A stretch of DNA of 64,000 bases from Clostridia bacterium (GTDB lineage: Bacteria; Bacillota; Peptococcia; DRI-13; SM3-B62). Where the stretch lies: positions 37,413-101,412 of the forward strand of contig JAHDSQ010000017.1 of NCBI GenBank assembly GCA_018432615.1, written 5' to 3'. Each line of letters opens with the position of its first letter. The stretch's first letter is position 1. The notes under the pieces are model-generated. The model was not told the origin of the DNA. It did not search any database and saw only the letters and a list, made by a program, of their open reading frames with translations. A program made the translations under genes and the position numbers. Shown here piece after piece: positions 9,677 through 19,612 of this stretch.

Positions 9677-10834
9677 ATGAAAGGGTCCAGAGATAAGAGA
9701 AGAAGGAAGACTCCATTATTGATGCCGGTATTGATGTTTTTTCTGTTTTTATGCATTTGTATCCCGGCCTATGCTCAGGAAGATGGAGACAGTGGAGAGA
9801 ACGCGACCGCTACCGTTATACATACCTTTCAGGTGCGAAGCATGGAAGAGAATGAGGAGACCTACGAGCTTTTAATCAATGATAACGTAGTTGTCAGATA
9901 CAGAACGATGCATATGGGTTTCAGTGCCCGAGAAAGGGCTATGATAATATTAGAACGAGTTAAAAAGCTGGGCAGTACTTTGCAGAATGCAAACATTGCG
10001 GCGGGTCAAATAAACGGAAGTCCTGTTATTATGGCAGGAGAAAATCTTTTAATAACCGTAACTGAAGCCGACTATAAGGCGAATAATTCCAGTGGCGAAG
10101 GTCTGGCCGGTGTATGGTTGAATAATATCCGCAAAACGCTTGAGGAGCGGGAAAAGGAAGCTTTGCAAAACGCAAACGAGGAAAGCGGGGGCAGCGGACA
10201 AGGCGGACAAGTAGGTAAACTCACAGAAGATATTATCAGAGAAACCGAAGATACCAACAGTGAACCAGGCGGGGAAGTTGAAAGAGAGACAGAAAATGAA
10301 ACCGGAAGAGAACCGGAAGCCGAGAGAGAAGAAGATGAGACGGAATATGAAACAGAAAATGAGCCAGACAAAGAACCCAAAGGAGAAAGTGAAAACGAAC
10401 CCGCAGAAGAGGTAGAACAAGGGCAAGACGGGAGCATGACAGACACCACGGTTAGCTCCGAGGAAAACGAAATGTTGAGATTAATCAATCAGGAGCGGGT
10501 AAAGGCAGGAATACCCGAATTGGCAATGGACACCGACTTGGTAGGAGTTGCCCGCCTTAAATCCCAGGATATGATAAACAATAACTATTTTGCTCACACC
10601 TCACCGACGTATGGTGACCCCTTTAGAATGATGAGCAGTTTTGACATTGAATATCAATATGCGGGAGAGAACTTAAGCGGCAGTCCAGACGTGGAATTGG
10701 CACACAACTCCCTCATGAATTCGCCGGGACACAGAAAAAACATTCTTAATTCCAATTACACTCATGTTGGGATAGGTATAGTTGACGGCGGGCCGTATGG
10801 TAAGATGTTTACACAACTCTTCGTAGGCAGATGA
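9677..10834 (+). CDS. Exported CAP/SCP-domain protein (YkwD-like C-terminus) with acidic linker
   Basis: Signal peptide; Glu-rich linker; INQER...KSQDM...YFAHTSP.YG...GENL...MNSPGHRKNIL CAP signature. Confidence 0.85.
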   Translation: MKGSRDKRRRKTPLLMPVLMFFLFLCICIPAYAQEDGDSGENATATVIHTFQVRSMEENEETYELLINDNVVVRYRTMHMGFSARERAMIILERVKKLGSTLQNANIAAGQINGSPVIMAGENLLITVTEADYKANNSSGEGLAGVWLNNIRKTLEEREKEALQNANEESGGSGQGGQVGKLTEDIIRETEDTNSEPGGEVERETENETGREPEAEREEDETEYETENEPDKEPKGESENEPAEEVEQGQDGSMTDTTVSSEENEMLRLINQERVKAGIPELAMDTDLVGVARLKSQDMINNNYFAHTSPTYGDPFRMMSSFDIEYQYAGENLSGSPDVELAHNSLMNSPGHRKNILNSNYTHVGIGIVDGGPYGKMFTQLFVGR

Positions 10835-10852
10835 ACCAGGAAATATTTTAGG

Positions 10853-10881
10853 CACAAAATCCTCATAACGGCATATACTTA
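10853..10881 (+). promoter_or_regulatory. Putative sigmaE/sigmaK mother-cell promoter of sipL
   Basis: AC-N16-CATATACTT upstream of a coat morphogenetic gene. Confidence 0.55.
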
Positions 10882-10920
10882 AATGAATTAATATGCCTTA
10901 GAGAGGAGGAAGTGTAGATC

Positions 10921-12465
10921 ATGTCCATTAATGTCACCACTAGAAGGATAAAGGTGGAAAACGTTATCGGTGAAGCGGTGAAGCAGGCAAACATTATTCG
11001 CGACATTACACTACCTGTGCCGGCTAAAAAAATAGAAAGCATCGATACTCAGATTCGAGACGTGAAAAGCAAAGTTATTGAGAACAAAGTAATTGTTGAG
11101 GCGATTCTGCATAAGCAAATATATTATGTGGAGTGCGTGACCGGCGATGTGCAGGAATACACAGTACCGGACGAAAAAATTACAGAGTTTGTCCATTTGG
11201 ATGGTGTTGAGCCGGGAATGGATGTCAGGACGGTCGTCGATATTGAGTATTGCGATGTCGAAGCCATTGATATGGTAGGAGACAATAACTGCCATACCAG
11301 ATTTCAACAGACTTGTATAGTAAGGATAAAAGTAAAGGTTATTGAAATGCTGGAATTTGAAGTAGTTACGGATGTCTCAGGTGTAGGTATCATCCCGACT
11401 TATCAGACAGTCGTTATTGACAATGTCATCGGTGCCGCCTGTGAGCAATATAACCTGAGTGACAGTTTTATTGAACTACCGGATGCTGCTGTTAAGATCA
11501 AGTCTGTAGATGCTGAGATTCAGGAGACGGAAGAGACGATTTTGCCTGACAAGGTAATCATCAAAGGGAAACTTCATAAGCAGATCTACTATGTTGTGGA
11601 GCCCGGCAGGGAAGTGAGAGAAACCCATGCGGATGTGCCATTCAGCGTTTTTGTCCATATTCCCGGAGCCAAAAAGGGAGCCATGGTAACCACAGATGTG
11701 CGTATCGAATACATCGATAATGAGCTGGTTGTCAGAAACGGAAGAAAGTATGTCAAGGAAACTGTTGTGCTGCAGATTTGTGCAAAGGTCACGGAACCAA
11801 TTACTATCTGCATTGTCACGGCGGTTGCGGGCGCAGAATATGAAACCAGGACGCTGAGTATTGAAAATGCCGTTGGAGAAGGGCGCCGTCAGGTTAACAT
11901 TTTGGCGAATTTTGTTACACCAACGGAGGCGCGCAAGGTAGCCAAGGTAGATGCCGAGGTGCGAGATTTAGAAGGCAAAGCTATTCCCAACAAAGTTATC
12001 ATTAAAGGAGTACTGCATAAACAAATATACTACGTTTCGGCAGTGGATGATCAGTTGCGGGAAATATCCCTTAATGAGCCGTTTACTGAATTTATTCATA
12101 TTGACGGTGTTCGTGAAAACGACATGGTTGATGTCACTGCCCGTATAGAATATGTCAATGTAGAAGCGGCAGCACCGACACCTACAACCAACTGGCGACA
12201 GACAGCAGTTTTGGAAATCATTGCGAATGTAACACAGACAGAAGAACTTACAGTTGTGGTAGCAGTGAAAGAAGCTGATTTTTGTGAGCCCGGGGAATCC
12301 TTTGACTACGTTATTCAAAAAGGAGATACTCTTATGGCGATAGCAATCAGGTTCAACAAGCCGCTTAAGGCAATACTGGAAGCGAATCCGCAAATCAAGG
12401 ATCCTAATATAATTTTTGTCGGCATGACAATAAAAATACCCTGTACCATCAAAGGTATGGGATAA
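10921..12465 (+). CDS. sipL: SipL-like spore coat morphogenetic protein (3x SPOCS/DUF3794 + LysM)
   Basis: Three repeats of KVII.G.LHKQIYYV...F..F.HI.G; C-terminal LysM YVIQKGDTL..IA. Confidence 0.82.
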   Translation: MSINVTTRRIKVENVIGEAVKQANIIRDITLPVPAKKIESIDTQIRDVKSKVIENKVIVEAILHKQIYYVECVTGDVQEYTVPDEKITEFVHLDGVEPGMDVRTVVDIEYCDVEAIDMVGDNNCHTRFQQTCIVRIKVKVIEMLEFEVVTDVSGVGIIPTYQTVVIDNVIGAACEQYNLSDSFIELPDAAVKIKSVDAEIQETEETILPDKVIIKGKLHKQIYYVVEPGREVRETHADVPFSVFVHIPGAKKGAMVTTDVRIEYIDNELVVRNGRKYVKETVVLQICAKVTEPITICIVTAVAGAEYETRTLSIENAVGEGRRQVNILANFVTPTEARKVAKVDAEVRDLEGKAIPNKVIIKGVLHKQIYYVSAVDDQLREISLNEPFTEFIHIDGVRENDMVDVTARIEYVNVEAAAPTPTTNWRQTAVLEIIANVTQTEELTVVVAVKEADFCEPGESFDYVIQKGDTLMAIAIRFNKPLKAILEANPQIKDPNIIFVGMTIKIPCTIKGMG

Positions 12466-12483
12466 ATATTTAAACATGGGGTC

Positions 12484-12526
12484 AGGCTTGAAATATTCAC
12501 TTATTGTGAATTTTTCAAGCCTTTTT
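12484..12526 (+). terminator. Intrinsic terminator after sipL
   Basis: AGGCTTGAAA...TTTCAAGCCT long stem plus T tract. Confidence 0.75.
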
Positions 12527-12547
12527 GTTTGTTGCTCTATGAGTAAT

Positions 12548-12577
12548 GTTTAAAAAAGCCTTTCAATGTTAATACTT
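12548..12577 (+). promoter_or_regulatory. Putative sigmaF promoter of spoIIR
   Basis: GTTTA-N15-GTTAATACTT resembles the sigmaF consensus; spoIIR is a known sigmaF target. Confidence 0.55.
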
Positions 12578-12605
12578 TTAGTAGAAACATGGGGAGGTAT
12601 TAAGC

Positions 12606-13214
12606 GTGAAAATTAACAAGCAAATATTATCCTTTATATTAGTCGGTCTATTGTTAATGTTTCTTTTTCAATGTATCAGCATTCAAGAAAGGGTTCCTTC
12701 TTTAATTAGACTCCACATACTTGCTAACAGTGATAATGCTTATGATCAAGACATGAAGTATAGGGTGAGGGATAAGGTGGTACAGGCAGTACGAGAGGAG
12801 TTTGCCAATTCTCGCAGTTTGGAGGAGTCGCGTACGATTCTTCTTAACAAGCTGAATGTACTAGAGGATTTGGCAGAGGAAGAGTTGCGGGAACTGGGAT
12901 GTACTGCCGATGTTAAAGCATATTATGGTGAATACAGATTCCCCGTTAGGTATTACAGGACATTTTCTTTGCCTGCAGGCAGGTACGAAGCGGTGAGATT
13001 AGTGATAGGAGAAGGCCAGGGGGCAAATTGGTGGTGTGTGTTGTTTCCTCCCCTATGTTTTGTTGATGGACAGACAACTGTTGAGGGTGAAGAAGAGGAG
13101 GTCTCACAACAAATAGAAGAAGCACTGAACGTGGGGAAGGAAGTCAAAATAAAGCCGGCACTTAAAGTTGTTGAATTATGGGAAAAAATCAAGCCGGATC
13201 CTTCAGACACATGA
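12606..13214 (+). CDS. spoIIR: Stage II sporulation protein R
   Basis: IRLHILANSD, LPAGRYEA.R.VIGEG.G.NWWCVLFPPLCF. Confidence 0.95.
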   Translation: MKINKQILSFILVGLLLMFLFQCISIQERVPSLIRLHILANSDNAYDQDMKYRVRDKVVQAVREEFANSRSLEESRTILLNKLNVLEDLAEEELRELGCTADVKAYYGEYRFPVRYYRTFSLPAGRYEAVRLVIGEGQGANWWCVLFPPLCFVDGQTTVEGEEEEVSQQIEEALNVGKEVKIKPALKVVELWEKIKPDPSDT

Positions 13215-13398
13215 TTATCCGGTATTTTTACCGTATCAGGCAAAGAGGAGTACACATTGTTGGTGAAAAGCAGCATTGGTATTCCTTGTTTTATTTTTTG
13301 ATAGAACTTACAATAGGGTTAAAGAATGCAAGCAGAGGTTAAGGATGTATGTAAGCAGTTAATGCTGGTGGATAGATAGATGTTGTGGAGGAGGGTAT

Positions 13399-14796
13399 GT
13401 GATGTCGGATAAAAAGTCGAATGAGTCATTGCGAAGACTTCCTGCGATGCATAAGATTTTAAATGCTGAGAAGGGAAGGGAATTAACAGAACAGTACGGT
13501 CGTCAACTGGTAGTGACGGCTGTTGACGAGGTGCTTGATGAAGTAAGAAAAAGCCTCTTATCTCTTGAGAAGAAAGAAAAGACCGGTGCTTCTTTAGACA
13601 TGGTGCTGGATAGAGTTGAAAATCATTTGGCGGGATTAGCTCAGACCTCCCTGAGGAGAGTAATTAACGCGACAGGAGTGCTTCTGCATACAAATATGGG
13701 AAGAGCAGTTCTGAGCAAAAAGGCACAGGAGGCCTTACTTGTGGCTGCAAGTGGCTATACTAACCTCGAATATGACCTGGAACGGGGAGAACGGGGCTCG
13801 CGTTATGAACATGTGGAAAAGCTTTTGCTTCGTTTAACTAAAGCAGAAAGCGCATTGGTGGTAAATAACAATGCCGGTGCCGTCTTATTGGCGATTAATA
13901 CCCTTGCAAAGGGAAAAGAGGCTATAGTATCCAGAGGCGAATTGGTGGAAATAGGCGGGTCCTTTCGAGTTCCTGAGGTTATGAAACTGGGAGGAGCGAA
14001 ACTGGTTGAGGTAGGGACTACGAATAGGACGCATTTGGCCGATTACAAGCAAGCGATTAGTGATGATACGGCGGCTATTCTCAAGGTTCACACCAGTAAT
14101 TTCCGCATCGTAGGTTTCTCAAAGTCGGTTGAGAGAAAGGAATTGCTTGAACTTGCGCATAGTAAGGAACTTCCCTTGATTGAAGATTTAGGGAGCGGCT
14201 CGTTCTTAGATTTTTCCCAGGAGGAAGCAACCGTTTTTGAGGTGATTGCCACAGGTGTTGATGTAGTGACCTTTAGCGGTGACAAGCTTTTGGGTGGCCC
14301 GCAGGCCGGTATTTTGCTGGGGAAGAAAGAATATATTGAGGCTATGAAAAAGAATCAACTGGCAAGGGCTCTGCGTGTTGATAAATTCACTCTTGCAGCT
14401 TTGGAAGCAACCCTTTTGGAATACTTGTCTCCGGAAAAGGCGATGGAGAACGTTCCTCTTTACAGAATGTTGAACGCCCCGGTTGAAATGCTTCGTGAAA
14501 AGGCAGAAGCCATAGCCACGGAAGTGAATCGGGGCCGGGAAAGGATTAAGGTTATTCCTATTCCGACAAAGGCGCAAATGGGAGGAGGAAGTATTCCCGG
14601 GCAGGAGTTCCCTTCGTATGGGCTGGATATAAGCTGTGAAGGGAAAAGTCCCATGGAGTTGGAAGGGCATTTTCGCAGTCTTCCGATTCCCATTATCGGC
14701 TATATTGAGCGTGAACGATATATCATGGATTTGCGTACCGTTTTACCCGGCGAGGAAGAAGTAATCATTAACGGGATTAGACTGGCAGGTGGATGA
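13399..14796 (+). CDS. selA: L-seryl-tRNA(Sec) selenium transferase
   Basis: VINATGVLLHTN.GRA, VNNNA, SRGELVEIGGSFR, EVGTTNRT, FSGDKLLGGPQAG. Confidence 0.96.
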   Translation: MMSDKKSNESLRRLPAMHKILNAEKGRELTEQYGRQLVVTAVDEVLDEVRKSLLSLEKKEKTGASLDMVLDRVENHLAGLAQTSLRRVINATGVLLHTNMGRAVLSKKAQEALLVAASGYTNLEYDLERGERGSRYEHVEKLLLRLTKAESALVVNNNAGAVLLAINTLAKGKEAIVSRGELVEIGGSFRVPEVMKLGGAKLVEVGTTNRTHLADYKQAISDDTAAILKVHTSNFRIVGFSKSVERKELLELAHSKELPLIEDLGSGSFLDFSQEEATVFEVIATGVDVVTFSGDKLLGGPQAGILLGKKEYIEAMKKNQLARALRVDKFTLAALEATLLEYLSPEKAMENVPLYRMLNAPVEMLREKAEAIATEVNRGRERIKVIPIPTKAQMGGGSIPGQEFPSYGLDISCEGKSPMELEGHFRSLPIPIIGYIERERYIMDLRTVLPGEEEVIINGIRLAGG

Positions 14797-15277
14797 TGTC
14801 TCCCGGGAAAATCAGGTCCGGATTAATATGTGGGTTTAGTCTGATGATTTCGTTTGCGCTTGTGCCGTGCATGCGTGCTATTGACCAGAGTGTATCACCT
14901 TTTCTTACGGTATAGCTTTTTCCGCCGTGCTGTTGCCCCTGGGCTCCCCTTGAGATTTCAACGCTTGTTCCAATAGGTATGAGGGGGAAAATTCCTTCGA
15001 CGTCGTTATTATACATTCTGATACATCCCAGGGATACAGCTTTACCGATAGCACTGGGGTTGTTGTTGCCATGTATGCCGTAAGAGTCATTGTTTAGACC
15101 CATCCAACGGGTACCAAAGACAGTGCCCTTTGTAAGTATTTTTTTATTAATGATTTTCCAATTTCCGATAGGCGATGGTGTAGCGGGCTTGCCGATGGCT
15201 ATTCTATAAGAGCCGTATAAGCCGTTCCCTTTGTATAAGTGCAAGTATCGGCTGTTGAGATCAATTTTTATCGACAT
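14777..15277 (-). CDS. YkuD-type L,D-transpeptidase with C-terminal LysM
   Basis: YGIHG...IGKAVSLGCIRM catalytic motif; LysM YTVRKGDTLWSIA. Confidence 0.9.
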   Translation of the reverse strand: MSIKIDLNSRYLHLYKGNGLYGSYRIAIGKPATPSPIGNWKIINKKILTKGTVFGTRWMGLNNDSYGIHGNNNPSAIGKAVSLGCIRMYNNDVEGIFPLIPIGTSVEISRGAQGQQHGGKSYTVRKGDTLWSIARMHGTSANEIIRLNPHINPDLIFPGDIIHLPV

Positions 15278-15362
15278 TCCACCTGACGACAATTTGAACA
15301 TCCTTTCTGAACGATGACTAATTTATAAATGATATGCTGAATCAAAAGAGTTTAAAACCGAT

Positions 15363-15412
15363 TGTTAAGGGCATGTTAAGAAATTGTTAAGAGATGCTTA
15401 ATCACCTGTTAA
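15363..15412. promoter_or_regulatory. Pho-box array (PhoP/PhoB-type direct repeats)
   Basis: TGTTAA at 15363, 15374, 15385 and 15407, and GCTTAA at 15396: exact 11-bp period; reverse complement TTAACA is the PhoP consensus; lies upstream of a phosphate transporter. Confidence 0.78.
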
Positions 15413-15479
15413 ATTTATTGAAAAAAGAGTAGTATATCAGCGTAGGTACAAACACAAAGCACAGGCATAATGAAAGGAA

Positions 15480-17156
15480 ATGGCAATCATGGAAATAACT
15501 GCTCAGCAAATCATCTTTTACTTTTCAGGCGGATTGGCATTTTTCTTGTTTGGGATAAGGCAGATGTCGGACGGTTTAAAAGGCTTGGCAGGTGATAAAT
15601 TACGAGCGTTGCTGGAAAAAGGTACAAAAACACCGCTGAGGGGAGTTATTACCGGAATGCTGGTAACAGCGTTGATCCAGAGCAGTTCGGGAACTACCGT
15701 ATTAACTGTTGGTCTGGTAAACTCAGGTTTACTTACACTGCGACAGGCGGTCGGTATTGTCATGGGAGCCAATATAGGGACAACCATTACCGCTTATTTG
15801 ATTGGATTCAAATTGGAATATTATGCTTTACCAATACTGGCGACGGGTGCTTTGCTGATGCTGTTTAGCAAGAACAAAAAAGTCAGTACAATCGGTAAGG
15901 TCTTATTTGGTTTTGGGATGCTTTTTCACGGCATGCAGACCATGGGAAGCGGGTTGAAGCCCTTGCGGAACATGCCATTCTTTGTTAACGCCATGACAGG
16001 GATTGAGTCCCATGCCTTGATGGGGGTACTGGTTGGAACGGCATTTACCGGGATAGTACAAAGCAGTAGTGCAACTATCGGTGTTTTGCAGGAACTTGCT
16101 TACCAAGGAGCTATTACATACACTCAGGCCGTGCCTATCTTGTTTGGCGATAACATCGGAACGACCATTACTGCCTTGCTGGCTTCAATAGGGACATCAG
16201 TGGCGGCAAAAAGGACAGCCTTATCCCATTGTATCTTTAATTTATTGGGTACTCTTATTTTCTTGCCGCTTTTTGTTTTAGGAATATTTCCGGAGATAGT
16301 GCGATTATTTACAGACTATATATACGTACTGCTACCGGGTGCTGAAGGAACCTGGCAGACTTTAAACATAAAAATGCAATTGGCGCAAACTCACGGTGTC
16401 TTCAATATTAGCAATGCACTGATACAGTTGCCCTTTGTAGCAGTGTTAACAGCTATTGTGAGTAAGATTATTACGGGAGAGGATATCATCGTTGAATTTG
16501 AACCAAAGTACTTGGAACCGAGATTTTTAGACAATCCCTCGGTTGCTTTGGCTCAAGCCGGTAGAGAGGTTCTAAGGATGGGGGACGTGGCCAAACAATC
16601 ATTTGAGCATGCTATCACCTATTTCTTCACAGGTCTGGAAAATGAGGCGGAACAAACGGATAGTTTGGAAGAGGTAGTTGATAATTTACAAAACAGGATT
16701 ACGGATTATATCGTAAAGTTATCGGAGAAGCAGTTGTCGATTGAAGAGTCAAACTATGCATATATGTATATTCAGGCAGTAAATGATATTGAAAGGGTCG
16801 GAGATCACGTTGAGAATATTGTTGAACTGACCCATGCCAGGAAAGAGCGTGGGGTTCGTTTTTCCATTGATGCCATGGCCGATATGAGGAAAATGATCGA
16901 TAAGACTATGGAGACGTACCAGTGGGCCTTGGAAAGCTTGAAAAACAAGGATTTAAAGCTGGCGCAAAAAGTTGTTGAAAACGATGACAGCATTGATGAA
17001 ATGGAGAGGGATTTCCGCAGGGGCCACATTGATAGGCTGAATGCAGGTACTTGCAGTGGTGATGCCGGAGCCATCTATATAGACATTTTGAGCAATTTGG
17101 AGCGTATCGGGGATCATTCGGTCAATATTGCTCAGTACGTGATGGGGGCACGTTAG
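15480..17156 (+). CDS. Na+/phosphate cotransporter with PhoU-like C-terminal domains
   Basis: Two QSSS motifs, GANIGTT/GDNIGTT, ERVGDH/ERIGDH. Confidence 0.93.
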   Translation: MAIMEITAQQIIFYFSGGLAFFLFGIRQMSDGLKGLAGDKLRALLEKGTKTPLRGVITGMLVTALIQSSSGTTVLTVGLVNSGLLTLRQAVGIVMGANIGTTITAYLIGFKLEYYALPILATGALLMLFSKNKKVSTIGKVLFGFGMLFHGMQTMGSGLKPLRNMPFFVNAMTGIESHALMGVLVGTAFTGIVQSSSATIGVLQELAYQGAITYTQAVPILFGDNIGTTITALLASIGTSVAAKRTALSHCIFNLLGTLIFLPLFVLGIFPEIVRLFTDYIYVLLPGAEGTWQTLNIKMQLAQTHGVFNISNALIQLPFVAVLTAIVSKIITGEDIIVEFEPKYLEPRFLDNPSVALAQAGREVLRMGDVAKQSFEHAITYFFTGLENEAEQTDSLEEVVDNLQNRITDYIVKLSEKQLSIEESNYAYMYIQAVNDIERVGDHVENIVELTHARKERGVRFSIDAMADMRKMIDKTMETYQWALESLKNKDLKLAQKVVENDDSIDEMERDFRRGHIDRLNAGTCSGDAGAIYIDILSNLERIGDHSVNIAQYVMGAR

Positions 17157-17176
17157 AATGTTTTAAAGAGCGAGGT

Positions 17177-17935
17177 ATGAAGTTTATGGATTTTTGTGGG
17201 AAAAGTGTTGTTATCACAGGTGCCGCAAGCGGCTTGGGAAGAGCAATCACTAAGGTATTCGCCACATACAAAGCTGAACTCGCGCTACTGGATATAAATA
17301 TGGAGGGATTGCGGCAAATCAAGAACGAGTTGCAAACGCAGAAGGTTTTAACGTATGAAGTTGATGTGACAGACTATGAGAAGGTACAAAAAGCCGGCAA
17401 GAGAATTGTCAGTGATAATGGGCGGATTGATGTCTTGGTTAATTGTGCCGGCGGTGGGAAGGAATTTTTGCTCGGTTTTAGAGAATTGGATGAAATAACG
17501 TGGAACAAGCAAATAAACTTAAATTTAAACAGTATGTTTTATTGTTGTAAAATGGTTCTGGAACAGATGATAAAACAAAGGAGCGGAAAAATCATTAATG
17601 TTTCCTCTGTAGCCGGATTGCGGGGCGGAGGTTTATTAGGCCGGGGCGCATACGCTACGGCCAAGGCGGGTGTATTGGGTTTGACCAAAGCGTTAGCGCG
17701 GGAGGTGGGGGAATACGGTATTAATGTTAATACCGTCGCTCCGGGATTGCATTTAACGCCTCTAACAGGTGATGCACCTGCTGAGAAAATAGAACTAATA
17801 AAAAACCAGCTGCCGCTCAAGTCTTGTGGCGATCCGGAAGAATTGGGTGAGTTGGTGGCCTTTCTTGCTTCGGAAAATGCCCAGTTTATAACAGGTGCGG
17901 TAATAACTGTAGACGGTGGATACGCCATGCATTGA
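17177..17935 (+). CDS. Short-chain dehydrogenase/reductase (FabG-like)
   Basis: TGAASGLG, NCAG, YATAK (YxxxK), VAPG. Confidence 0.9.
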   Translation: MKFMDFCGKSVVITGAASGLGRAITKVFATYKAELALLDINMEGLRQIKNELQTQKVLTYEVDVTDYEKVQKAGKRIVSDNGRIDVLVNCAGGGKEFLLGFRELDEITWNKQINLNLNSMFYCCKMVLEQMIKQRSGKIINVSSVAGLRGGGLLGRGAYATAKAGVLGLTKALAREVGEYGINVNTVAPGLHLTPLTGDAPAEKIELIKNQLPLKSCGDPEELGELVAFLASENAQFITGAVITVDGGYAMH

Positions 17936-18186
17936 TTAAAAATGCATATCGTAAAAATAGATACAAAAAAATGTGCTAAATATGTGTTAAAATATCAATT
18001 TACATAGAAAAAAGCATTTAAAGTATGTTAGAATATAACTGTTGTGACGAGGGACATATGTCCAGGCGGTTTTTTATGAGAGTTTGAGTCGAATGAGAAT
18101 GCTTTCGGACAAAGACGGTAGAGCAATCATAAATATAGAGACGGAGGGATATAGGGAATAATTATACTCCAAAGTAAATAGGTGGT

Positions 18187-18771
18187 ATGGTTATGAACAC
18201 AACTTCTGCTGGTAAAACAAAAACCAAACGTTATTCTTACTTCAAGCATTTTTGTGCTCTGTTTTTGATTTTGTTTCTTTTTTGGACAACTCTTTCCGGC
18301 AAACTGGATGTTAAGCATTTGACCATTGGCGCTGTTACTTCTCTGGTTGTTGCTTGGGTGACACTTTCTTTATTGCGTTTGCCGTCGGGAGAAAATAAGG
18401 ATGATTATTATTTAGCCTTCGATATTCCTATTCGAAGGCTTTTGGCGTATGTCCCTTGGCTGATTTGGGAAGTTGTTAAAGCCAATGTTCACGTGGCGCT
18501 GATAGTACTCAATCCGAAGATGCCGATTGAACCCAAAATGTTTAAGTTCACAAAGAAAATGGACAGTCCTGTTGCCCAGGTATTGCTGGCAAACTCGATA
18601 ACATTGACACCGGGTACAATCACAGTAGATTTGCAGGACAATGTTTATATTGTCCATGCTCTTGACGAGGATTCGGAAAAGGCGCTGACTCCGGATGAAG
18701 GAGAAGCTGTCATGCCTGAAAAGGTTGCCCGCCTTTTTCAGGAAAATGTGGTCGGGGGAAGGGGTGATTAG
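18187..18771 (+). CDS. mrpE: Mrp/Mnh Na+/H+ antiporter subunit E
   Basis: LANSITLTPGTIT motif. Confidence 0.9.
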   Translation: MVMNTTSAGKTKTKRYSYFKHFCALFLILFLFWTTLSGKLDVKHLTIGAVTSLVVAWVTLSLLRLPSGENKDDYYLAFDIPIRRLLAYVPWLIWEVVKANVHVALIVLNPKMPIEPKMFKFTKKMDSPVAQVLLANSITLTPGTITVDLQDNVYIVHALDEDSEKALTPDEGEAVMPEKVARLFQENVVGGRGD

Positions 18772-18774
18772 CAA

Positions 18775-19053
18775 ATGGATTTCACTTATGTCTTTATGGC
18801 CCTTATTATCGGCTTGGCGGTAATTGCTGTTTTGATGCTTTATAGGGTACTGCACGGACCTACAGTGTTTGACCGTTTGAACGGACTTGCGGTTATCGGG
18901 ACAGATGCGATTTTACTGTTAGTATTGCTCGGCGTCCTTAGCGGACGAGTCGATATGTTTGTAGATGTGGCCATTGCTTACTCCATCTTAGGGTTTATCA
19001 GTATGGTAATATTTGCGAAATACCTGGAGGGGAAAGGAGATGCTGACGGATGA
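18775..19053 (+). CDS. mrpF: Mrp antiporter subunit F
   Basis: YR...GPTVFDR motif; 3 TM. Confidence 0.9.
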   Translation: MDFTYVFMALIIGLAVIAVLMLYRVLHGPTVFDRLNGLAVIGTDAILLLVLLGVLSGRVDMFVDVAIAYSILGFISMVIFAKYLEGKGDADG

Positions 19054-19361
19054 AATATCTTGCCCTGCTATTTCTTTTAGGCGGATTCTTTTTCACTTTT
19101 GTTGCAGCCCTCGGCGTGATTCGCTTCCCCGATTTTTATACCCGCATGCATGCCTCCGGTAAAGGGGATACTCTTGGTGTTGCTTTGTCCCTTATTGGTT
19201 TGATATTCTATCTTGCCATTGAGGACGGGTTTACGTTAACCAGTGTAAAACTTTTGTTTATTTCAGTATTTATTTTCCTGGCTAACCCTATCGGTACACA
19301 TGCCATTTGCCGGGCAGCTTACAAGTGCGGCTTAAAGCCATGGACCAGGGGGGGGGAATAG
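19050..19361 (+). CDS. mrpG: Mrp antiporter subunit G
   Basis: RFPDFYTRMHA.GK.DTLG, NPIGTHAI. Confidence 0.9.
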   Translation: MKYLALLFLLGGFFFTFVAALGVIRFPDFYTRMHASGKGDTLGVALSLIGLIFYLAIEDGFTLTSVKLLFISVFIFLANPIGTHAICRAAYKCGLKPWTRGGE

Positions 19362-19366
19362 CTTTG

Positions 19367-19612
19367 ATGGAGTTGTATTTACTGGCAGGGATCTTGGTTT
19401 TGATGGTGATAACCGGGATTGGAGCCCTATTTGTCGATGATTTGTTGGCAGCAATAATCATGTTTAGCGCCTTTAGCTTCTTTGCTGTGTTATTGTATCT
19501 GACTCTGGGAGCGCCGGATGTGGCCTTCACAGAAGCAGTGGTGGGAGTTGTTTCGACGACTTTCTTTATCATAGCTTTGAACGGTTTGCGTAGGAGGTGT
19601 TCGAAAAGGTGA
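19367..19612 (+). CDS. Mrp subunit, DUF4040 / MbhD-like
   Basis: L.APDVAFTEA.VG motif. Confidence 0.85.
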   Translation: MELYLLAGILVLMVITGIGALFVDDLLAAIIMFSAFSFFAVLLYLTLGAPDVAFTEAVVGVVSTTFFIIALNGLRRRCSKR

